A DNA stretch of 64,000 nt, from contig BDGG01000007.1 in NCBI GenBank assembly GCA_001949185.1, positions 1,260,730-1,324,729 of the forward strand, read 5' to 3'. Both the position numbers and the translations under genes were made by a program. Source of the DNA: Ramazzottius varieornatus (Eukaryota; Animalia; Tardigrada). Shown in pieces: positions 53,541-64,000 of the stretch. The notes under the pieces are model-generated. The model searched no databases. It was not told the DNA's origin and saw only the letters and a program-made list of their open reading frames with translations. Position 1 is the first letter of the stretch. Every line of letters begins with the position of its first letter.

Positions 53541-53670
53541 TATTTCGGAATTTTGCAGTGGCGTCCAGGAATAAGTTCCGCCGATAACACCTGTTCTGGT
53601 TTGTAGAGTGAACTCTCCTCTATTTTTTTACCGTATTGCTTTTAGAGTCAGACTGGCGTAAATCCCTTGT
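53541..53670 (+). mobile_element. Short DIRS fragment, inverted diverged copy of ~53290-53428
   Basis: Reverse-complement match with a few substitutions and a ~10-bp deletion. Confidence 0.75.
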
Positions 53671-54588
53671 GAGGACCGAAGTACCCGTGACTGAAACCAT
53701 TGACCAGTCCATCGCAGAAGGGACTGACGGCAAATATATCAGGATAGTCACGAAGCAGAATAGAAAACCGTGAAGACTTGAGAGGCATATATTATCCTGG
53801 CAGACAATGTACCTCATCAGCAACAGATGGCATCTGACTTTCATTTACCCTGCTAAGTTTCATTAGCGAGCGCCTGTATTCTCAGGGATTCCCCAACAAG
53901 TCGACATAGTCAAGTCTGCCATATTATCGTCATTCAGTATCATGAATGATGTTTACAAAATCTGAATGAACCTTATTGAGGGAGCGTGGTCAGACTGTGT
54001 GCTGAGTGACGATTGCGCCTGCACCGTTACCGACGAAATGTTTCAAAAATGGCTAACCAGTCGATCTATAGTCGAGGGCGGGCTCATGGGGCGGTACGAT
54101 CAAAAGCGTTGATTATCGCTTCCCTTGCGATCAGCTGATCACCTTGTAATCGACTGAGACTACTTATGAACACCCGAGAAGATGACGAAAACGCTTTGTA
54201 CACCCATTCCTGTCGGCACTCTTATAAAGCACGGAGCTCAGACAGTGGGGGGAGGGGGGGGGAAGGAAATACTAATACTTTAATACGGACCGTAAGTGCT
54301 GTATTCTACCTGTAGGAGACTTACTTTGAATGAACCTTAAAGTATCTCGGAACATAATATCCTGCGTTTTAGCACTGCACAACATAGTTTAACGAAAAGT
54401 GGTTCTTTGTAACCGATTCGCCCGACTTTTGTAGTTTGATTAAAGCTATCGTAATCTCATGATTGATTCTGCTAGGTGAAGACAATTATAGACATATGGG
54501 AGAAAAGCCCCACGCGAAATTCTGTCAGATGTGCAGGGAGCAATTCAATTTATGACTGCGGGTTTGTCGACTTATCCGGGAAGTCGAC

Positions 54589-55455
54589 CTATCCGAAAAG
54601 TGGTAGTGGTGGTGGTGGTGGACAAACTACTCCACAATTCACGCCTCCCTCAGGATTTACGGTTCCAGAGTTATCAAACGAGCAGCCAATTTTCGCTGGA
54701 TCCGGAGTGAGAGTCTCCTTGATGCATCTCTCGAGCAGGGCTTGCTCAGGAGGAAAATTACAGTCGGGTTTGGGCTGCAGTGCGGTTACAGCGGGACTTT
54801 GGCAACAGGTGCCTCCACTATTCGGATTGATGTAGCATCCTCCTTGCACCCTCAGGCCTTGAGCATAATATCTTGAGATACTTTCTTGAACTGATGGACG
54901 TGGTGTGACTGGGTTCGTTGCAGTGGGTGTAGTCGTAGTTGAACCCAGTGTTCCGGTTGCTGCTGTGGAAGTAGAAGTTGAAGTTATTGGCGCAGCAGAA
55001 GTCGCAGTAGGACTGGTGAACAAAAAATAAGATTCCGCTCCGCTGAGAACGTCGAGACCTGATTGGTCGGAGATTTGAAACTGACCATTGAGTAAGTAGG
55101 GAGTGTCAGCCGTCAAGATGTTTATAAAGCTTTGCGAAGGCACAACTCCAGCAAATTGGGTAACGTCCCCATTACATTCCAAACGGCAACCGATCACTCT
55201 TCCCGCTGCATTCAACACGTTCGGCACCCAGGCACATCCGGATCCAAGTGATGTTATATCACTGGTCAGCTGCAAACAAGCGGCAATGTCTTGAGCGTTG
55301 CCGGTAGGGAGCTGCGAAAGAAGCTGAACCAGTCCAGGTAGTGCGTTGTTATTAAAGGTTTGGCGGGCGTTCCTCGTCAATGGCAGCTCTCCTTCAAAAC
55401 TTTTTCCGTGGGTGCCTTCCACAAAAGAGAAAACAGCGAATAGCAAAACAAACAT
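54589..55455 (-). CDS. Secreted Cys-rich/Thr-rich protein, family copy 5 (intact, 288 aa)
   Basis: Signal peptide MFVLLFAVFSFVEGTHG, RNAR|Q, a 4-Cys domain, a Thr linker, a Cys-rich C-terminal domain and a poly-Pro tail. Closest to copy 1 (QFAGV.PSQS..NIL.AD..YL.NGQFQI). Confidence 0.88.
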   Translation of the reverse strand: MFVLLFAVFSFVEGTHGKSFEGELPLTRNARQTFNNNALPGLVQLLSQLPTGNAQDIAACLQLTSDITSLGSGCAWVPNVLNAAGRVIGCRLECNGDVTQFAGVVPSQSFINILTADTPYLLNGQFQISDQSGLDVLSGAESYFLFTSPTATSAAPITSTSTSTAATGTLGSTTTTPTATNPVTPRPSVQESISRYYAQGLRVQGGCYINPNSGGTCCQSPAVTALQPKPDCNFPPEQALLERCIKETLTPDPAKIGCSFDNSGTVNPEGGVNCGVVCPPPPPLPLFG

Positions 55456-58400
55456 TTTTTTGCGTGGAAGATGCTGTGATGTGTTTCAAAGAAACAGGCA
55501 CACATGAAGAAGAATCAGTTGCTAGCGTTTAAGTGTAAAATTCCGGTAAGTGGAACACGGACAACCTCAGTTTAACTACATAACGTTAAAATATTTGGGC
55601 CAACGGACTCCTCTGGTTTGCAAAATGTACATGCTGATAGTTTTCGTGGACCACAGAGAGCGCTGTTTACCAATAAGATCGGGACAAATGCTGGTACTAA
55701 CGTATAATCTCTGCAGTCTGCATGCTAAAAGGTTTTCTGAACGACGGTTGTCAATGTGTTGCTGACAGCTCATAAAATATGTTGATGAAAGACAAGTGAA
55801 CGAGCACCCGACATTGAAGCAAGATGTCAGATCATGAATCTTAACTTTTCTAGTCAACAGACTCATGGAAATTAGTCCCAGAGTTGTTTCTATACCGTTT
55901 GTATAGCATAAATTACTGATTGCTGGCTTAAAATAGCGCCCAGTTCTATAACTGTACACGAAACGTCCCTGACATCTGAACGGTACGATGCAATGATATA
56001 ATTGAATGATATAATTGATGCAACGAGAAACTAACGTTCAGCCGAAAGTCTGGGATCTATGGCGCGCTGTTCGTGCGCTATAAGTAACGTTAGGTGGGTG
56101 AAGTCGAAGCCGCTTCTCGAGATTGCTTATAGGGGAACCTTCAAGAACATCACGCGCCGCAGTCAACGTTTACTTCATGTGAGGCCTAACGGTTTTTGTC
56201 TACATACAAAAAGCAAGAAGAAACGTGCGAACCAATTCCTGAGCTAAAAGTGGTTTAAACGAGGAGGTCAATTCGTGTTCTGCTACACTTCATTTTTATG
56301 AAAGGAACTGCAGTAGCGGAAGTCAAAATTTTGTAAGGTATATGAAGAGAGGTTTTTCAGGCCTCTACGTTCTCGAAGAGATCATGTAGTTTCTCCCCAG
56401 TGTACGTTCAAATGTGAAATATCTTTATTTGAAGACAATAATATATACTCAAAAATGAGGAAGCAGCGATACAAAATTAACAAAAACTCTACACGGATTT
56501 TCCCTTTTCAAATTGGACTCCAGCACTGGATGAAAGAAGCATGTCCAGTGACTTGTTTGGGCAGAAGGAAGTCAAGCCTGACCGCTGTTAAGACCCGAGA
56601 AAAAGTCATTTTTGTATCAAGCGAAAGTGCGCAAGTGAAAAGGGATTAATCCATCTGGTGCGCAACCGAATCGCCATGCAGGTTTTGAAAGCTTCATTTT
56701 CTCCACCGCGCTCCTGCTTCTGATACCAGTTAGCTTTCGCTTTGTATTTCCTTCACACTCTAGGTGCTTTTCGTCGAAGCGCTAGGAAATCATCTATCCC
56801 AGATGTTCAAAAAGAAACAACATTTTTACCAGTGGCGCGGATAAAGTGAGAATAACGTCACAAACCGCGCGAGTTTACGAGGAGAATCGAAAAACAACTT
56901 TTGACATCTTTTCAAAAACTTATTTCTCCTTCTGTGTGAGTAACAGGTACCTCATATTCTAAGGACAATGATTGGAAAAGATGGTCAATTTCTTGAGGGC
57001 CGTGCTCTGGAAAAGAGCACTTGTCGAGTAGATGGTCTAAGCTTCGAAAATTTGAGCGGTCGGCAGAGTAACTCAAATACGACGTCGGGAAATCCGGTTT
57101 GTTGAGAGATCGCGAGCGAGTTGAGGTTTGGCTTCGAATACGTCATGGCGCTGTTTTCATTGGTCACATTTGACTGAAAAAGCGCCAGAGACGACATAAT
57201 GGCCTCAAACATCCACGCCGGAGCTCGCCCGCAATCCCTCAACAAATCACATTTTCACCACGTGTCTTCTAAGCTATTCTGCTCATGGCTCAGTTATTGA
57301 ACCCTCTATGTAGGAATTAGATATCTCGATGATGCACCGCAAATGGAAATCCGGTGTCGAACGTTCTTTGCCTTAGTGAAAAACGACAGCACTTTACCCA
57401 TCTGCACAACAAAAAGATTTCAGTCCGTACCAATACGACATACGAATCGCACAAATCAAGCTGAGGGAAACGAGTGAAGGGACGCTTAAATTAATAGGAT
57501 GCTTGAAGACCACAGCATAATTCAGTGAAACAATCCAGGTTATTGTGCGCCGGTATGCGACCGCAAATTTCGGGAACACCATGATGATATCTTAGCGTCT
57601 GAGGAATGCGAACCACATGTTTCTGCACTTTGCGTTGCCAGTGCATGGTTCTTCGTCGCACTCGTATACAGCGACACGTATTACAGCCGCAAGCAAGTAG
57701 ACCCTGAGATTCAGCGTTCACTCAAAATCTTGTCGCATTGGCTTGTCCAAAACTGCTACGGTGCTGCCACCTCATGAGCCGACGGAAGAGCCTGCTTCCG
57801 TGCGTGGCAGATATAAACTGACGTACACAGCAGGTCACTGTAATTTCAAGAGAGCGGTGGCAAACTGTTCCTTTTGAAATGTACCGCAATGTCCGATCTA
57901 ATCTGGAACATCAACAGGGCAACTGGTCAAGTGGAGCATGATACCGACAGCACGTTAAAATGCAGGTGGATGCATCAAGAGTCGGGATTTCTGCGTGTTT
58001 CTGACGCTTGATTTGGTTGATAATCCAAATATGTGTACGTAGATGCATGTCGCACGAGGGAGCAAGGCACGATGCATACTGCATTGCTTCGTGAACCAGG
58101 ACCGGTGCATCAACGTACGCTCGAAGTTGAGCCCCATTTCCGATATTTCCTCATATGAACCCCCCTAGGGACTGTTTCGCGAATATGCCGGCTTCGAGAG
58201 GTAATACAGAACCTGTTCACATCAACGCGCACGTATTCAGCGCCTCGAGTATAACGTGCTACGTGCTACGTGCCGAACATCCCACGGATATTCCACGCGC
58301 ATGGAACAGGAGACTTAAGCTACGAACAAAATTATGCGAACATTCAAATCTTGAAAAATGATTCACAACGACCAAAATAATTTCAACTACTGTTGAAAGC

Positions 58401-60689
58401 TGAACTTCAATTGATTGTAACTACTAATTCAGCTGGGTTGCATGTCAGACAATAGAAATTGCTGCCGCCCGAGGTATTCCGATTAATTGTCATTGCAATT
58501 AAAATCCAGAAGGTCATTTTGGAACCATACTGGCAAACCAAGTCTCTCTCACCAATGGGGTCCCGACCACTCGAAAAGGCCGTGCGAGTGCGTCACAACA
58601 GTGAACGGAACAAGTTCTTAATGTGGAAGGAAGCCTAATGCAGCTACTTTAACACTTACAGCACGACAGTACTCCTTGGGAGTACAATGCGTCAGTTTCA
58701 CTCGCCTCCTAATTTTAGCTTTTGGTCTTTCGGGTTGTGGATTTCTTGCTTGCATGCAGTTCGTTCTTGTTATTGAACTGGAATTAATGACCAGCGGTCA
58801 GCGAAAACCCAGCACGAGAAACCGGCTACGCCTGCCTCCTTTTCATCACCAAACCCAATCAAAATCCTGTACTCACAAAAAGAACGGTAGTATCTTGCGA
58901 ACACGAAAACCTTCGTACTGCAAGTCTTAAAGTGGCAATCCGGATCATTTAGGTTCTGGCAATTAACGGACGCGTTTGTCGGTCTACAACCAACTCACTG
59001 AGGCTTTGATTGTCAGAACCAAATGTTGGCACTCCAAGTAACCGTGTTTCCTCTGCATCTTCATCTTCGATAACGGGAGAGTCTTCCAGGTTAGCAAGCC
59101 GACCAAAACCGAAATACGCTACAACGCCAAATGATGGCTCAAATCAGACAAACCGCATACGAGACACCATCCAACAAGGGAGCAACCAAGGCAAACTCAT
59201 ACTTTTTGAGGTGCAGAACGACAGGGGTGTACACAGCGCTCTAGTAAAATCTAGTTCTCACGCCCCAGGTCAGGAACTCGTCCCACTGGTTGCTCCTTGC
59301 TCAGTCATTACTAACCCGCCAAGCGGACAGTGGCAGTCCTTTGGACGGCTGACATCAGGAGCACATCCGCCTAGTGTCAGTCCCTGAATCCCGTGCTGGC
59401 TCCGACGCCTCGCTCCCCCGTTGCTTGGTCGTCCGTCAACCCGCCCGCTCGGCTAGGGAGTCGTCTGGCTGCTGTTTCGACATGTGCCGACAGTCTGGTT
59501 CGGGTGTGAGGGACGAGAACGGTAACAGTGGCATCGAGAAGCGCGCGGTCTGTATAGAGGGCGGTGACTGGGCAAACAAGCAGCTTTTGAGCTGATCAGT
59601 GCTCGTTCGGTGCTTAGGTCGAAATTTTGCGCGACGTTAATCTTGTTGGGAGCAGGGTCATGGGGACTGCCTCGCGTTTGGCCTGGGTGAGTTCACAAAT
59701 CGTATTTGAATGTTCGTTATCCAGGTGGATGGGCGCACCATTTTACGCTTTGTATGTATGCGATAAAAGCCGTGGCTGAAGGGGCAGTCGGAAGTACGTC
59801 GTTGTCTACATTCGAAGGGCGATACCTCGGCCTCAACGTATTTTTTAAAATTGCTCCAGATCCGCAAACAGGTTCGTCAGTGCCCCGAAACAGTCTGCCT
59901 GATGTGCGATGGAAAGGCTGCATGCGACAAATTTAACATGAAAGTTACAGACCGGTTCAGCGGTTCAGGATATTAGATTGTGCGAATGGGATGAACCAGG
60001 TCAACGATAGCTTCACAAGGAGCACAATCAAATCAGCTTTGGCAGACCGCCATTGTTGATACCAGAGAAAGCCGCGATGGAAACGGTTGCATCGATGTAC
60101 CTTGCTAGCTTTGTGGTTTGCACGTTTGTGTCGAATATTTTCGCTTTGATCACTCTTCTGCGAGCTAGGAAAGTCGACCATAATGGTGTTCACAATGTAG
60201 GGACTCTTTGGAGGTCATGTTGTGAACTGAACTTGGAAATGGCTTTCAGAACTGGCACATGGACAAATAATTCAAAACGTAGGTTGTCCCGGAATGCTGA
60301 ATACCTCGACAAGCTGAGGGATAACACAGGGTGTACTAGTAGCGAGGTCTCACAGTACTTTGTCCACGAGCATACTTTGTCCAGTCAACTTAGCTGGCGC
60401 TAATAAGGCAACTAAGAAAAAGTGACTAAGTTTTAACCGTTCCGTGTTCGCAAAGAAATCCAGGCCATGCTTCGATGATTGTCAACATGTGCTGCATCGA
60501 AGTCCAGGGTGCTTTGACGACAGCGCTTCACACTGACATATCTTGCTGAAACGTGGACAAATTTCGCCAATTACACTATCAGAACACAGGCGAAAGTTTA
60601 CTCCAAATAGCCAAAGACAAGAATGGAAGAAAAAGCTAGCCGTAACAGACGTCTTTCTCCAAACAACCACCTTCAAGTCTGGCATCTTT

Positions 60690-61480
60690 AAGTCTGGTGC
60701 TCCTCTCGGTAACGTACTTTGATCGTCAAAGCCATCGTCAAAGCCATCGCCATCGCCATCGCCATCGCCATCGCCATCGCCATCGCCATGACCTTCGGCT
60801 AACATCAGCCAGATTTTAAACACGAAATGTCTGACAGCCGACGTCCGGTTGCTTATGCACCAAGGATAACCTTGTTAGCAGTGTTGCTTTCTTCTGACTT
60901 AGGCATGGACTGGGCAAAGTGTACCGATCAGTCGCACCGCAAATTTCCTCGAGAGAACCGTGATAGTTTCTCTACGGATACTGAACACGCTGAGCTTCAA
61001 AAAGTCTAGGGAACAGCGGCCCGCTGCGAAGAATAGGTTTCACTTCTTCAGAATCCAAGCATCGAGGGATTTCTTCACTACCCTGGCGGATTGTTTAGCC
61101 TAGATCAATCAGGATGCGGTCGGCGGAATGGTACGACAGGGTGTACGCAGTGAGAGGAGTAAAGGAAGCGGTGGGCTACGTGGTGGGCACAAAGAGCGAA
61201 TGAAGATTTCGCTTTTAGCTATGGGGAACCCAGCTGGAGAGATGCTTCGCCCGTTGATTCTGTACGAAGGGAAGGGTGCACATCGAGTCACATTTCCGAG
61301 ACACTCAGGATGCGTTCTGCTTTGGCACTAATTCTTCGGAAGGAATGGATACTGGGACTCTAACTGAATGCCTCGAGAACGAATTTCTTTCGTCCATCAC
61401 TGGTCCCAAGGGGATCCTTGTTTTCCTTTTGGCGATGATACTTTTGCTCCATGAGCTTTTCAAATTATTCCGCTTGAATG
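60690..61480 (+). mobile_element. Degenerate pogo/Tigger-like (DDE_1) transposase relic, copy B
   Basis: GNPAGEMLRPLILYEGK and TNSSEGMDT..ECLENEFL. Colinear with 4660-5480. Confidence 0.7.
60742..60788 (+). repeat. (GCCATC)n hexamer microsatellite
   Basis: Directly visible tandem array of about 8 units. Confidence 0.9.
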
Positions 61481-63542
61481 GCTCGTAACACTGACGACCA
61501 ATAACATTGAAAATGTGCGTCACTTGGGGAAACAATCAGCCGTAACATCGTATAATGCGACCAATGGTGTCATATGTGACGTTGAAAGTAGAAAGAAAGT
61601 GTCCTTGCGATAAGCACGCATTGGCTTGGATAAGCACGCATTGGCTTGGATTTCCACGGTAAATCTGAACAGTTAAAACTCTACTCTCTCGTTCTCAGTC
61701 CCCTTATGGCGGTAAATGTGATCAGCTGATTTTGACCGTGCAAGGCAGCCCACATTGCCGCCTGCAGAACTTGACTGGGTAAAACATACCATTAAACTAG
61801 ATCTCGCTCCTCGTACAGAAACTCTTCGGACGATACGATTGAACTCAATTGAAACAGGTTTATTAGTGTAAGCTGTAAGAGGGTCGATTCTGCGGAAAAT
61901 TGGGTACGCATGGACAAAGTCAGTCGACACAGCTTTGGCAGCAATAGAAGCTTAGTACTGTGCGGATATGGTTGAATTCGTTGCTGTTTTGGCACCACGT
62001 TTCCGTTCAGTTACAGGTGGGATTTGCGCAAGACGAAGTCACGTGGTTTGCCGTATTGGCCCGTAAAACCTCGTGACACGCACTCGCTGAACTCAGAGCC
62101 AAGCCACGCTTGCACTCATCGTTCGAGTTGAGTAAATCATGTTGACACATTGTGATCGGCTGATTGAATTTCCAACATGGAGACCTTGATTGGTTTCCGG
62201 TAAAAAATTACCGCTTTTCAGAAATCTCAAATCTTCCGAGATTTTCTTCAGTAGAACAGTGAAACAGTGCCTCTTCGATTGTGTTCTGTCATTGCTTTTC
62301 TGAAATGTCTTGTTATCACTGAGAACGGAACGAGTTTACGTGTCTTCTCGCCAGTTACGGTTTACCACAGTACAGCTGTTTTCAGCCGAGCATCCACGCC
62401 GGATAGTCTGCTATCGTCTCTTCCTGACGTTCAGGCAGCCTCTGCCGGACGGAACCTGGATCCCGCTTCATCAAGCTCGAAAGAGAGAGATCACTTAGTA
62501 CTTCTAACACCCGTAACCGTTTTCGTAATTAAAACCGTCCCCTCACAGCAATGTCAGATTAATTCGGGAGGATCTACCCAGGTTAATGGGTGAATGTTTT
62601 GGATACTGCTCAAGCCTTCTCGGTGCGCGAGCTCACGAGGGTAGTTAGTGACGGTACAGTGGCGCAATGAAATGATCTGTAAGCCAGGAGGGTGCGCGAC
62701 TCGGTCGGGGATGGGTGAGTGGTCCGAGCTGTATGAGTCACGGCTCGATTCAATAGAGAGGTTGATATGAAATCTGAGCAGCCCAAGAAAACCGAGTAGC
62801 GTAAGAGCTTGGCCCCGCCTATCCCTTACTTTACTTGGGAGAGGTTGAGACGCGCTACTCGGTGCGCTCGATTAGCGCAACTTTTCCAAGGACTTTTTGC
62901 AAACATCCATTTCTGCTCCTACGTGACTTTCAAACGAATCAGTGAATTACACAGAGTTTTGGTTCGAGTGTAGGACAAACGGGAATTAAAGTTCACTCCT
63001 AGTTTCAAAACCAAAAAGGAGATGGTCGAGACGACTACAAAAGCTACAGTTAAAGTCGATTCAAAATCAAGTGACGTGCTGAAGCTACAGTTAAATGTAC
63101 AGTTCCTCATGATGGTTTTGCTGAAGTTACAGTGAAATTAACAGATCCGTTCAGTTTTTGATAGCTACAGTTGCGCCCACCGTCAAACCCACAGTTACGC
63201 TGCGGACTTCCGTTTCTCTTCAGGTTGAAAAGCCACAGTTAAGCATGCAGTTACTCTTACAGTTGGGAAATATCTCAAATAGGAAGTCAGACGCCAAAAG
63301 GCGCAGTCAGAACTGCAGTTTATGTTCGTGTGACAACCTAAGAGAGCAAAATAGAAGTTTGACGAACTTCTGGAACGAGATACTTACCGAAAAGCATGTT
63401 TGAAACGTTACTCGGATTTCTTAGGCGTTCTTAGGAACGGCCCATATGCCTTACTCGGGAATTAAGCGCCGAGCACATTAGTACGTTCAGCTGATTCGAC
63501 TCCGCCCACGAGCTCGATTTTGATTGGCTCGTTCTTACACTA

Positions 63543-63857
63543 CGAGGTAAAGGTTGTAAACTTAGCCGCCCCATACCGGGTTTGTAAAGTTAGCCACAGC
63601 TGTGGCGTCTATTGCTTGATTGGGTATTTGATTGTGAGTCTTGGCTTTTTAACATGGGATTTCAACGTTTCTTTAATTGCGGATCTCTTGGATCCGCTGA
63701 ATCCTCACGTTGACTGTACTTGATAGCATTCGACAGCCCATTATTCTATCTATCGATCTCTCTAAATTTTCGGATTGCATAGGAGAAAACAGGCAAACTT
63801 GAACGGCTAACTTTACAAACCCGGTATGGGGCGGCTAAGTTTACAACCTTTCCCTCG
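63543..63857. mobile_element. Tc1/mariner-type MITE (315 bp), same family as 21104-21421
   Basis: TA flanks at 63541-63542 and 63858-63859, TIRs starting CGAGG, and full-length similarity to the IR-intron copy. Confidence 0.9.
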
Positions 63858-64000
63858 TACTCGGAGTTCTTACTCTACTCGAGCGTCGTATCAACCTCTG
63901 GAATAACTCAACGTGTGCACGGACAAGTCATTAGGTCCAATTATACCCAGCGCGTGCACAACTCCTCCTTGTTCAAATGCGGCGACTTTTCATGGCGACG

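Overview
Eukaryotic, intron-containing, repeat-rich genomic DNA with three scaffold gaps, from an invertebrate animal. The gustatory-receptor-like, ionotropic-receptor-like and ZP-domain genes suggest an arthropod or relative, but the species cannot be determined. Conserved genes: sorting nexin 17 (+, 1251-2961) and FBXW5 (-, 14099-17688). Lineage-specific content: (i) a five-copy family of secreted proteins I do not recognise (signal peptide, RxxR|Q cleavage site, Cys domain, Thr-rich linker, Cys-rich C-terminal domain), two intact and three disabled; (ii) a cluster of four highly divergent secreted ZP-domain-like genes without membrane anchors (22434-30784) that share intron positions, one apparently ZP-C only; (iii) a divergent ionotropic receptor and a convergent pair of gustatory-receptor-like genes, one frameshifted and one interrupted by a hAT-type MITE whose TIRs could supply in-frame splice sites. 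Mobile DNA: a hAT transposon nested in a tiny MITE, several TA-flanked MITEs, two pogo-like relics, DIRS fragments, and a long inverted repeat with a 6-bp flanking duplication around a gap. All calls come from reading the sequence and recalling family motifs; no searches were run.
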